DNA of 64,000 bases from Bacteroidales bacterium (lineage in GTDB: Bacteria; Bacteroidota; Bacteroidia; Bacteroidales; VadinHA17). Every line of letters starts with the position of its first letter. The stretch's first letter is position 1. Below are positions 26,864 through 35,969 of the stretch, one piece after another. Under the pieces are notes generated by a model that made no database searches, was not told the origin of the DNA, and saw only the letters and a program-made list of their open reading frames with translations. The DNA is taken from positions 7,561 to 71,560 of the forward strand of contig JALONV010000009.1 of the NCBI GenBank assembly GCA_025454755.1, in the 5' to 3' direction. The translations under genes were made by a program, and so were the position numbers.

Positions 26864-28279
26864 ATGACATTAGTAAAGGAAAAAATGGAATATAAAGTAA
26901 AAGATATCTCCCTTTCCGATTTTGGAAGAAAGGAGATAAAAATAGCTGAAAAGGAGATGCCTGGACTTCTGGCAATAAGGAAGAAATATGCAGCTGAAAA
27001 GCCGCTTAAGGGAGCACGGATCACGGGTTCTCTTCATATGACAATCCAGACTGCCGTTCTGATTGAGACTCTGAAAGAACTTGGAGCTGACGTTCGCTGG
27101 GCAAGCTGCAATATTTTTTCGACTCAGGATCATGCCGCCGCCGCGATAGCAAAAGCCGGAATCCCTGTATTTGCATGGAAAGGAGAGTCCCTTGAAGAGT
27201 ACTGGTGGTGCACTGCGCAGGCGCTTTCATTTCCGGAAGGCAAAGGCCCGAATCTCATTGTTGATGATGGCGGTGATGCATCTCTTCTTGTTCATCTTGG
27301 CTATAAGGCGGAAAATGATCCTTCGATTCTCGAAAAGAAACCATCCAGCCGCGAAGAAGCAATTATCTTTTCAACCCTTAAAAATATCCTTGCAGACGAA
27401 CCGGGCAAATGGCATCGTGCAGTTGCTGAACTCAAAGGCATTTCGGAAGAGACAACAACGGGTGTTCACAGGCTTTACCAGATGCTCGACAACAATGAGT
27501 TGCTGGTGCCGGCAATAAATGTTAACGATTCGGTAACAAAATCCAAGTTCGATAATCTTTATGGTTGCCGCGAATCACTTGCCGACGGAATAAAAAGAGC
27601 CACTGATGTGATGATTGCAGGCAAAATTGTTGTAGTCTGCGGTTATGGCGATGTAGGCAAGGGCTGTGCAAAATCGATGAGAGCTTACGGGGCAAGGGTG
27701 ATAATCACAGAGATCGATCCGATCTGTGCTCTCCAGGCATCCATGGAAGGCTTTGAGGTAAAAACTATTGAAGATACACTGGATGAGGGAAATATTTTTG
27801 TCACCGCAACCGGTAACCGTGATATAATAACTGTTGAGCACATGAAGAAAATGAAGGACCAGGCTATCGTTTGCAATATTGGTCACTTCGACAACGAGAT
27901 ACAGGTTGATGGATTGAATGATTTCAAAGGCATCAATAAAATTAATATCAAGCCGCAGGTTGACCAGTATGTATTCCCTGACGGGCATGCTGTTTTTATT
28001 CTTGCAGAGGGCAGGCTTGTGAACCTGGGTTGTGCCACGGGTCATCCTTCATTTGTGATGAGCAACTCATTCAGTAACCAGACTCTTGCACAGATCGATC
28101 TTTGGAAAAAAGATTATAAGATCGGCGTTTACAGGCTTCCCAAATATCTTGATGAGGAGGTCGCAAGGCTTCATCTTGGCCAGCTTGGAGTAAAGCTTAC
28201 GCAGCTTACGAAAGAACAGGCTGATTATATTGGTGTACCGAAGGAGGGACCTTATAAACCGGAGCATTACCGATATTAA
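26864..28279 (+). CDS. ahcY: Adenosylhomocysteinase
   Basis: [47 protein letters not shown]. Confidence 0.97.
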   Translation: MTLVKEKMEYKVKDISLSDFGRKEIKIAEKEMPGLLAIRKKYAAEKPLKGARITGSLHMTIQTAVLIETLKELGADVRWASCNIFSTQDHAAAAIAKAGIPVFAWKGESLEEYWWCTAQALSFPEGKGPNLIVDDGGDASLLVHLGYKAENDPSILEKKPSSREEAIIFSTLKNILADEPGKWHRAVAELKGISEETTTGVHRLYQMLDNNELLVPAINVNDSVTKSKFDNLYGCRESLADGIKRATDVMIAGKIVVVCGYGDVGKGCAKSMRAYGARVIITEIDPICALQASMEGFEVKTIEDTLDEGNIFVTATGNRDIITVEHMKKMKDQAIVCNIGHFDNEIQVDGLNDFKGINKINIKPQVDQYVFPDGHAVFILAEGRLVNLGCATGHPSFVMSNSFSNQTLAQIDLWKKDYKIGVYRLPKYLDEEVARLHLGQLGVKLTQLTKEQADYIGVPKEGPYKPEHYRY

Positions 28280-28749
28280 TAATTCTGAACAGTCAGGTAT
28301 CTGCCATTCAGAATAGTTCTATAGTTTTTCAACGGGTATCTGCCAGGACCTGATGCAGGAGTCCCGGATGCGGCAAGTGCATATGTAGTATTGCATTTTG
28401 GGCATCTGGCGATCGTAAAATCAATAATTACTTTTACGCTCTGTCCGTTATCGACATATTCATGAGGGCAGGTCCTGTCATATGCATAATATCCATCAGC
28501 ACCGGAAAATATTATTATGCCATTCCCATTATATCCGCCTGCATACCTGGCATAATCGATCCTTTGATCGCCTGCATCAACTGTATCAGATCCAACCAGA
28601 TTGTAAATGTTCGGAAAATCCAGAAGATCTATGGTGAAGTCGACATACTCATACGGTATCACATCATTTTTATTCTTTTCGCATGAAATCAGCAGAGAAG
28701 TAATTACCAGTATAAGGAAAAAATATTTTAATTTTGGGCTTGTGGGCAT
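28276..28749 (-). CDS. Lipoprotein with Rieske-like Cys motif
   Basis: LISC lipobox; YAYDRTCPH...CPKCNTTY...LKNY; start estimated at 28749. Confidence 0.7.
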   Translation of the reverse strand: MPTSPKLKYFFLILVITSLLISCEKNKNDVIPYEYVDFTIDLLDFPNIYNLVGSDTVDAGDQRIDYARYAGGYNGNGIIIFSGADGYYAYDRTCPHEYVDNGQSVKVIIDFTIARCPKCNTTYALAASGTPASGPGRYPLKNYRTILNGRYLTVQNY

Positions 28750-28829
28750 TTCCGGTTTAATTTTCGGTAAAATTAGCATTACCGGTGGAAATGTAACGAA
28801 AAACAATATGTGTTTATTTTAATTATCTT

Positions 28830-29222
28830 ATGATGAACAGACTCGCTATCAGAAAAATCCTTGTTTTATCATTTAGCTTCTTTATCACTATTACATTTTG
28901 CGAAAGCCGATCATATGGCCGTACAATAGTTACAGGCCATTTGATTAGCATGTCAGACATGCCGGTTCAACAAAAGAAGTCAAAAGTAAGTAGACCCAAA
29001 TCAGCCAGGAAAGTACAGAAGGAAGCGGATAAGAAAGAAAAAAAGCAGGATAAGGATTATGCAAAGTTCGTAAAGGAGAATCAGAAAAGGTCGATTGAGA
29101 TACAAACGCCTGAGGTTAAGGCCCGTATGAAGCAGAACGTTAAAAATGCCAATGCAAACTACAAGGCAAAAAAGAAGAACAATGCTTCCAGGACAAAACA
29201 GGCCGGGAAAAAATACAGGTAA
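28830..29222 (+). CDS. Hypothetical basic exported protein
   Basis: Signal-like N-terminus, Lys-rich helical C-terminus (IQTPEVKARMK). Confidence 0.65.
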   Translation: MMNRLAIRKILVLSFSFFITITFCESRSYGRTIVTGHLISMSDMPVQQKKSKVSRPKSARKVQKEADKKEKKQDKDYAKFVKENQKRSIEIQTPEVKARMKQNVKNANANYKAKKKNNASRTKQAGKKYR

Positions 29223-29307
29223 AGACAAATAAAAAAATATGATTTTGTAAACATCTTATTTTCAGGTTTTTTTTGGATTTATTTTAAGAATTTATTATAT
29301 TTGTCTT

Positions 29308-29347
29308 ATGAAGAGTTCCGGAAACCCCGGAATTCTTCATGTTTTTT
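29308..29347 (+). terminator. Intrinsic terminator-like hairpin just upstream of greA
   Basis: ATGAAGAGTTCCGG-aaacc-CCGGAATTCTTCAT followed by GTTTTTT. Confidence 0.7.
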
Positions 29348-29363
29348 AATATAACAGCTTACC

Positions 29364-29837
29364 ATGCCGGAGGTTTTATACAATACGGAAGAGGGTCTTC
29401 AGAAGTTGAAAGACGAACTTGAACAGCTCAGGGCTGTTGAAAGACCTATGATAGCAAGGATGTTATCCGATGCAAGGGCTCAGGGCGACCTGACCGAGAA
29501 TGCCGAATATGCTGCTGCAAAAGAGGCACAGGCTATGCTTGAGGCAAAGATTGCAAAGCTTGAAGATCTTATTGCCAGGTCAAGGATTATTGACGAATCT
29601 AAAATTGACACCAAAACGGTAAGAATACTTAACAAGGTCAGGATCCGGAACAAGGTGAATAACACTGTAATGGAGTACCAGCTTGTCCCGGAAAGCGAAG
29701 CTAACCTGAAACTGGGCAAAATTGCCGTTAGTTCACCTATTGCCCAGGGACTCATTGGCAGGAAAGTAGGAGAGGTGGTGGAGATAAAAGTCCCGTCAGG
29801 CATTATTCCTTTTGAGATTGTTTCTATCTCACTATAG
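29364..29837 (+). CDS. greA: Transcription elongation factor GreA
   Basis: ARAQGDLTENAEYAAAKE, SSPIAQGLIG. Confidence 0.95.
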   Translation: MPEVLYNTEEGLQKLKDELEQLRAVERPMIARMLSDARAQGDLTENAEYAAAKEAQAMLEAKIAKLEDLIARSRIIDESKIDTKTVRILNKVRIRNKVNNTVMEYQLVPESEANLKLGKIAVSSPIAQGLIGRKVGEVVEIKVPSGIIPFEIVSISL

Positions 29838-29855
29838 TTATTTGATATTAGTCAT

Positions 29856-30254
29856 ATGGCATCTGTTTTTACAAGGATCATCAATGGGGAAATACCTTGT
29901 TATAAGGTGGCTGAAGATGACAGGTATTTTGCATTTCTCGATATCAATCCGCTGAGAGAAGGCCATACTCTTGTTGTGCCCAAACAGGAAACTGATTACA
30001 TTTTTGATCTTGACGACGACACGCTTTCAGGAATGATCATGTTCTCGAAAAAAGTCGCCGCTGCAATCAGCGCAGCAATACCCTGTGCCAGGATCGGAGT
30101 GGCTATTCTGGGCCTTGAGATTCCGCATGCACATATTCACCTGGTGCCTATGAATTCAATGGAGGATGTGAATTTCAAGAATCCAAAGCTGAAACTTACT
30201 CCGGAAGAATTCAAAGCAATAGCAGAAAAAATCAGTTCGAAAATAATACTATAG
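29856..30254 (+). CDS. HIT family nucleotide hydrolase
   Basis: FLDINP, GHTLVVPK, HAHIH triad. Confidence 0.93.
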   Translation: MASVFTRIINGEIPCYKVAEDDRYFAFLDINPLREGHTLVVPKQETDYIFDLDDDTLSGMIMFSKKVAAAISAAIPCARIGVAILGLEIPHAHIHLVPMNSMEDVNFKNPKLKLTPEEFKAIAEKISSKIIL

Positions 30255-30291
30255 ATACTTCGTTGCACAAATTGAACTACATTTCAAGCTG

Positions 30292-30502
30292 AGGAGATTC
30301 CTCACTTCACTTCGTTCCGTTCGGAATGACATCGAATTTTTAAAGAGAAGGGGACAGAAGCGGCGATTCGCAGGCTGATTTATTATAGATCAAATTTTCT
30401 TGCGAATAGCCGCTTCTGTCCTATGATCCTAAAAGAGCTACTGTCATTTCGAGCGCTTTGGGCACCGAAGCTTTAGCGAAGGTGACCAGCGAGAAATCTC
30501 CT
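30292..30502. repeat. 211-bp nested fold-back REPIN/MITE-like element
   Basis: Three nested inverted-repeat pairs: 30292-30303/30491-30502, 30318-30331/30442-30455, 30352-30374/30399-30421. Confidence 0.85.
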
Positions 30503-30615
30503 TAATTCATAAGGAGTTATCCATTATACGATTGCTTTTTTATAAGCAATTTCAAAAAAACATGGAGGTGGTTCTTTCAAATTTCTTATCTTTATATAAT
30601 AATTCAGCTCGCTGC

Positions 30616-31317
30616 ATGAGTTATCTTTATGATCTCTGGGACGATGTCATCAGTCTCCTCTTTCCGAGGCTTTGCTATGCCTGTGGAAATCATCTTCTCA
30701 GGAATGAAAACCTTATATGCACGGAATGTTATGTTCTCATTCCGCGGACAAATTATCACCTTGAAGAAGATAATCCGGTTGCACGTCTCTTCTGGGGTCG
30801 CTGCAGGATCGAAAAGGCTGCGGCATTCTCCTTCTATAACAGGGACAGCAGGTTAAGGAGGTTGATTCATAATCTTAAATACAAGGGGATCAAGGAGATA
30901 GGTTATGAGCTGGGGACGATTTATGGCAACACTCTTTTAGGGACGGAATTCTTAAAGGATATTGATCTTATAATCCCTGTTCCTCTTCATCCTTCAAAAA
31001 AACGGATAAGAGGCTTTAACCAGAGCGACATTATAGCCTGTGGATTCTCAGAAGCGACAGGATTGCCTGTAGGAACAGGCATTCTGGAAAGAGTGGCTCT
31101 GTCCGATACACAGACTAAAAAGTCGAGATATGACAGATGGGTGAATGTGGAAGGGATCTTCAAGGTTGCAGATCCCGGGAATCTTATTGGCAAACATGTC
31201 CTGGTTATTGACGATGTCATTACTACAGGATCTACCCTGGAATCGTGTGCTGTCGAGCTTCTTAAAGCTGAAGCGGTAAAAGTAAGTGTTGCTGCAATTG
31301 CAGTTGCTGTAGTCTGA
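30616..31317 (+). CDS. comF: ComF family amidophosphoribosyltransferase-like protein
   Basis: FPRLCYAC...ICTEC, PVPLH...RGFNQS, VIDDVITTGSTL; start moved to ATG 30616. Confidence 0.9.
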   Translation: MSYLYDLWDDVISLLFPRLCYACGNHLLRNENLICTECYVLIPRTNYHLEEDNPVARLFWGRCRIEKAAAFSFYNRDSRLRRLIHNLKYKGIKEIGYELGTIYGNTLLGTEFLKDIDLIIPVPLHPSKKRIRGFNQSDIIACGFSEATGLPVGTGILERVALSDTQTKKSRYDRWVNVEGIFKVADPGNLIGKHVLVIDDVITTGSTLESCAVELLKAEAVKVSVAAIAVAVV

Positions 31318-31326
31318 AGGATTTTT

Positions 31327-31887
31327 CTATTTAATCCTTCCCGGATTCTTTTTCATAAAATCTTTCCACCCTGAATAGGCTTTTTCAGAAGAAGGGTTAT
31401 TTGACTGGTAAAAATGACACAAAGCAGCTGCAAGACCATCGGTGGCATCGAGCTTCATATCCGATTTTCTGAACTTCAGAATGTTCATCAGCATTGCAGC
31501 AACCTGCTCCTTTGATGCCGCGCCCTGTCCCGTGATCGACATCTTTATTTTTCTCGGTGCATATTCGAAGATAGGGACAGAACGTGTAAGCGCGGCTGCA
31601 ATAGCGGCGCCCTGAGCTCTGCCCAGCTTAAGCATCGACTGTACATTCTTGCCATAGAATGGGGCTTCAATTGCCAGCTCATCGGGATGATATTCATCAA
31701 TGATACCGATTGTCCTGTCGAATATATGCTTGAGCTTGATATAATGATCGCCTGATTTTGAGAGATCTATAAGACCAATAGTTATCAATTCAGGTTTTGA
31801 GCCGACAGCCCTGATCACGCCATACCCGGTAATGTTTGTTCCGGGATCAATTCCCAGGATGATCCTCTCTTTTGGTTTCCTCTTCAA
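31327..31887 (-). CDS. ruvC: Holliday junction resolvase RuvC
   Basis: ILGIDPGT, AIEAPF, ITGQGAASKEQV, DATDGLA. Confidence 0.95.
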   Translation of the reverse strand: MKRKPKERIILGIDPGTNITGYGVIRAVGSKPELITIGLIDLSKSGDHYIKLKHIFDRTIGIIDEYHPDELAIEAPFYGKNVQSMLKLGRAQGAAIAAALTRSVPIFEYAPRKIKMSITGQGAASKEQVAAMLMNILKFRKSDMKLDATDGLAAALCHFYQSNNPSSEKAYSGWKDFMKKNPGRIK

Positions 31888-31930
31888 TTTTTTGATATCT
31901 AAACTATTCTTTAATACAAAGATAACAAAA

Positions 31931-32821
31931 TTACATCCTGCCTTGTTTGCGGTTCTGAAGCCATATACCTGCTATTATAAGCAGTAAACCCAAAGGTGTG
32001 GTATAATAAACCGGCTCGTGAAGAATGAAGTGCACAAAAATGAGTGAAAGAAAAGGAGCAAGATATACAAGATTGCTCACCTTATCGGTTGTTTCTGCCA
32101 TCTGAAGCGCTTTAAGCCAGAACAAAAATGTAATGCCCATCTCAAAGAGTCCTATATAAACTGCGGCAAGCAATCCTTTCGTACCGGTTCCGGATACCTG
32201 CCATTCTTTTGTAATCAGCAAAGCAATAATCAGATACAGGTAGCCAAAAAGGAAATTCAGGAATAGTTTTATTACTTCATCCCTTTTATCTCTGACATTA
32301 AGGATAAAATAGAGAGCCCAGAACAAAGAGCTGCCTGTCGCCAGCATTACTCCCCTGACATCTGCATGTCCGGTTTTGAGAAGATTACCCTGCGAAGAGA
32401 TTACATATACCCCTATAAAACTTATAAACAGGGCTATGAAGCTTCTGGTTTTTATTTTCTGCCGGAGAATCGGAACAGAAAGGAAAACCAGGATTATAGG
32501 CCAGATCATATTAAGGGGTTGTGCAATCTGAGCAGGAAGAAGAGTATAGGCATTCAGAAGAATAATATAATAGATGAATGGATTGATTAAACCCAGAAGG
32601 GCAGATCCCAGCAATTCTTTCCACGAATTTTTGAAAAGCAGATAAGTTTTCTTTTCTGCTATTATGATGGCAAGCAATACGGAAGCGGATGTGCCTGATG
32701 CGATAGCCAGGATAGGCAGAATGCCAAGTTCCTTCAGACTAATCTTGAATGCGGTAGGTACTGTAGCCCAGAGGAGTATGGCAAGGAGGGCATAGATATA
32801 TGATTTACGTCTCTTATCCAT
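31931..32821 (-). CDS. DMT/EamA family transporter
   Basis: About 10 TM helices in two EamA repeats; true start MDKRRK at 32821. Confidence 0.88.
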   Translation of the reverse strand: MDKRRKSYIYALLAILLWATVPTAFKISLKELGILPILAIASGTSASVLLAIIIAEKKTYLLFKNSWKELLGSALLGLINPFIYYIILLNAYTLLPAQIAQPLNMIWPIILVFLSVPILRQKIKTRSFIALFISFIGVYVISSQGNLLKTGHADVRGVMLATGSSLFWALYFILNVRDKRDEVIKLFLNFLFGYLYLIIALLITKEWQVSGTGTKGLLAAVYIGLFEMGITFLFWLKALQMAETTDKVSNLVYLAPFLSLIFVHFILHEPVYYTTPLGLLLIIAGIWLQNRKQGRM

Positions 32822-32830
32822 AATTCGGTG

Positions 32831-32922
32831 ACCCCCCTGCCCCCCTGAAGGGGGGTTATAGACCCACCTAAATATCTTGATTAGTAATGGGTTTGAACCC
32901 CCCTTTAGGGGGGATGGGGGGT
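32831..32922. repeat. REPIN-like pair of inverted C/G-rich palindromes
   Basis: ACCCCCCTGCCCCCCTGAAGGGGGGTT ... AACCCCCCTTTAGGGGGGATGGGGGGT. Confidence 0.85.
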
Positions 32923-32924
32923 AT

Positions 32925-34199
32925 TCAATCAATAAATTCAAATCCGGTATACGGCACCAACACCTCCGGCACTTTGATTCCGTTTTCGGTCTGATTGTTT
33001 TCGAGTATAGCAGCAACGATCCTTGGAAGAGCCAGTGCGCTCCCGTTAAGTGTATGGACGAGACGGGTCTGCTTGTCGCCCTTTTCCTTGTACCTGCATT
33101 TCAGCCTGTTTGACTGGAACGATTCAAAATTGGAAGTTGAGCTTACCTCCAGCCATCTTTTCTGTGCTCCCGACCATACTTCGAAATCGTAGGTAAGCGC
33201 TGAAGTAAACGACATATCACCTCCGCAGAGCCTCATTATGCGGTATGGAAGTCCAAGCTTGGCAATGAGTCCTTCCACATGGCTGACCATTTCCCCGAGA
33301 GACTCATAGGAATGGTCAGGATGTGCTATCTGCACTATCTCAACTTTATCGAACTGGTGAAGCCTGTTGAGTCCCCTGACATGTGCGCCCCAGGATCCTG
33401 CTTCTCTTCTGAAGCATGGAGTGTAGCCTACGTTTTTTATTGGCAGCTCGTCGGCGCTGAGAATCACATCCCTGTAAATATTCGTTATCGGCACTTCAGC
33501 CGTGGGGATAAGATAAAAATTGTCGATGCCCACATGGTACATCTGGCCTTCCTTATCAGGCAGCTGACCGGTTCCAAAACCTGAGTCCTCATTCACCATT
33601 ATCGGAGGCATAACTTCCCTGTATCCTGCTTTCCCTCCCTCATCGAGGAAAAAGTTGATCAGCGCTCTTTCAAGTTTTGCACCTTTGCCCTTATATACAG
33701 GAAAGCCGGCACCTGTAAGTTTTATTCCGAGGTCGAAGTCGATGATATCATATTTTTTAATGAGATCCCAGTGGGGGAGTGCAGTTTCGGGAAGAACCGG
33801 AATTTTTCCTCCTTCACGAACTTTTACGTTATCGTCTGCACCATGACCCGGAGCAACGGATTCATTAGGCAGATTGGGCAGCTTAACGATCTCATTCTTC
33901 AGCTCATTATCTAAAGGGATAAGCTTATCGGAGAGTGCCTTTATTTCTTCTTTCAGCTTGTAGGTTTTCTCCTTGGCAGCCTCAGCCTCATTTTTCTTTC
34001 CCTCCTTCATCAGGGAACCGATCTCTTTGGAGATCCTGTTCATTTCTCCCTGCATCTGGTCTGCACGTGTTTGAATGTCGCGTCGTTCGGTATCGAGTGA
34101 TATTATTTTGTCGAGAATTTCCTTTGCGTCAAAGTTCTTTACTTTTAAGCGTTCGCTGATGAAATCCTTTTTTTCACGGATCAGGCTGATGGTAAGCAT
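32925..34199 (-). CDS. serS: Serine--tRNA ligase
   Basis: LIPTAEVP, FRREAGS, RLHQFDKVE, EVSS.SN, HTLNGSALA. Confidence 0.97.
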   Translation of the reverse strand: MLTISLIREKKDFISERLKVKNFDAKEILDKIISLDTERRDIQTRADQMQGEMNRISKEIGSLMKEGKKNEAEAAKEKTYKLKEEIKALSDKLIPLDNELKNEIVKLPNLPNESVAPGHGADDNVKVREGGKIPVLPETALPHWDLIKKYDIIDFDLGIKLTGAGFPVYKGKGAKLERALINFFLDEGGKAGYREVMPPIMVNEDSGFGTGQLPDKEGQMYHVGIDNFYLIPTAEVPITNIYRDVILSADELPIKNVGYTPCFRREAGSWGAHVRGLNRLHQFDKVEIVQIAHPDHSYESLGEMVSHVEGLIAKLGLPYRIMRLCGGDMSFTSALTYDFEVWSGAQKRWLEVSSTSNFESFQSNRLKCRYKEKGDKQTRLVHTLNGSALALPRIVAAILENNQTENGIKVPEVLVPYTGFEFID

Positions 34200-34217
34200 A
34201 GTATAAAAATTATTAAT

Positions 34218-34243
34218 AAAAAAGCAGGCTTCAGTAAGCCTGC
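34218..34243 (-). terminator. Intrinsic terminator after rpmA
   Basis: GCAGGCTT-actg-AAGCCTGC followed by TTTTTT on the minus strand. Confidence 0.75.
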
Positions 34244-34254
34244 CGTATATGTGG

Positions 34255-34515
34255 CTACTCGCTTACCGGCTTCACCGATACATAAGACCTGTTATCTTTT
34301 CTTTTCCTGAATTCAACTTCTCCGTCGGCAAGAGCAAAGAGTGTATGATCTTTTCCAAGTCCAACGTTCAGACCCGGATTATGCTTTGTACCGCGCTGGC
34401 GGACAATGATATTCCCGGCTTTGGCGATCTGACCGCCGAAGAGCTTAACGCCCAATCGCTTGCTTTGGGAATCGCGACCGTTGCGTGAACTGCCTGCTCC
34501 TTTCTTGTGTGCCAT
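34255..34515 (-). CDS. rpmA: 50S ribosomal protein L27
   Basis: [30 protein letters not shown]. Confidence 0.98.
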   Translation of the reverse strand: MAHKKGAGSSRNGRDSQSKRLGVKLFGGQIAKAGNIIVRQRGTKHNPGLNVGLGKDHTLFALADGEVEFRKRKDNRSYVSVKPVSE

Positions 34516-34552
34516 AATTATTAATATTTAAATGTATTCAGATTTTGGTTTT

Positions 34553-35059
34553 TTATTTGCCTGATTTTTTTGTTTCAGACTTTTTTGTTGCCGGTTTCTT
34601 TTCAGCCGGTTTTTTTGTCGCTGTTTTCTTTGCAGCAGCTTCAGGTTTTTTTGCAGCCGGTTTTTTAGCTTCAGCTTTCTTTTCTTTTACAGGTTCGTCG
34701 GCTACCGGTGCGGCTTCTTTCTTTGGTGACTGTTTCTTTGATGATGTTTTGCCGTTAATGCTTATAATTTCAACCTGCGTGAAGTTCTGGCGATGCCCGT
34801 TTTTTACCCTGTATCCTTTTTTTCTTTTCTTCTTGAAGACAATGACTTTCTGCCCTCTTACCTTTTCAATGACTTTTGCCTGAACTGATGCATCCTTTAC
34901 GGTAGGTTCCCCGACAGTTACTTTACCATCTTCCTCGATTAAGAGGACATGATCAAAATCAATTTTCTTGCCATCCTCAACATCAAGCCGATGAACAAAA
35001 ATCTTCTTCCCCTCTTCTACTTTGAATTGCTGACCTGCAATTTCTACGATTGCGTACAT
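34553..35059 (-). CDS. rplU: 50S ribosomal protein L21 with Lys/Ala/Pro-rich extension
   Basis: MYAIVEIAGQQFKV...FKKKRKKGY..KNGHRQ. Confidence 0.97.
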   Translation of the reverse strand: MYAIVEIAGQQFKVEEGKKIFVHRLDVEDGKKIDFDHVLLIEEDGKVTVGEPTVKDASVQAKVIEKVRGQKVIVFKKKRKKGYRVKNGHRQNFTQVEIISINGKTSSKKQSPKKEAAPVADEPVKEKKAEAKKPAAKKPEAAAKKTATKKPAEKKPATKKSETKKSGK

Positions 35060-35290
35060 TTTATTCTCTGTTATGTTACTCCGTGAGGCGTATCCGGCTC
35101 TTCGTCAGATAACTTTCTTTGGCCCCGGCGGATTTCTTTCAATTTGGACTGCAAAGATATATAAAATAGATTATTAACAAACCACTTAGGATAATTTTTT
35201 TGAATCAAACTGTCATGCTACCTCTATAATAGCTATATTTGTTGAACACAGCAGGAGAGCCTGAATAATATCTGCGCATAATTAGTTGAT

Positions 35291-35884
35291 ATGAAACGAG
35301 TTAAACTTAAGGTAATGGGGATGTCTTACAGCCAGACTCAGTCGGGAGCATATGCGCTGCTTCTGATAGAGGAGAATGGCGAAAGACGCATCCCAATAAT
35401 AATCGGAGGTTTCGAAGCTCAGGCTATTGTCATAAAACTCGAAAATCTGGAGCCACCAAGGCCTCTTACACATGACCTTTTCAAGAAATTTGCCGATCAG
35501 TTTAATATTACTGTAACCGAAGTGATGATCCATAAGCTTGAAGATGGCGTTTTCTTTTCAAGGCTGGTTTGCAATGATGGTAAAAATGAATATTCTATCG
35601 ACAGCAGAACATCCGATGCAGTTGCCATCGCACTTAGGTTCGCCTGCCCCATCTACATTTCCGAAGAAATTCTTGAGAAGGCTCAGCTTACAAACAGCCC
35701 CACGGATGCAGATGTAACTGCCACGAATGAGGCCGATATTAAATATGAGCCAAACGGCAGATATGAAACTTTTACTGATGAAGAACTTTATAAAATGATC
35801 GATGATGCGGTGAAGACAGAAGACTACGAACGTGCTGCAGCAATCAGGGATGAAATCGATAAAAGAAAAAAGAAAAAAAGGTAA
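35291..35884 (+). CDS. Bifunctional nuclease family (DUF151) protein with UvrB/C motif
   Basis: IPIIIGGFEAQAI, PRPLTHDL, IDSRTSDAVAIA, EDYERAAAIRDEI. Confidence 0.9.
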   Translation: MKRVKLKVMGMSYSQTQSGAYALLLIEENGERRIPIIIGGFEAQAIVIKLENLEPPRPLTHDLFKKFADQFNITVTEVMIHKLEDGVFFSRLVCNDGKNEYSIDSRTSDAVAIALRFACPIYISEEILEKAQLTNSPTDADVTATNEADIKYEPNGRYETFTDEELYKMIDDAVKTEDYERAAAIRDEIDKRKKKKR

Positions 35885-35969
35885 CCTCTGTTTCAGAATG
35901 CTTAAAGATACCGCTTATCAAAACAGGCTGCTCCAAAGCATTAATCATAATTACAATTAATTCTTAAAG

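Noticed and set aside
32822-33016. 65-aa N-terminal extension of the EamA ORF
   Set aside because: Runs through the REPIN and the serS 3' end; the real start is 32821.
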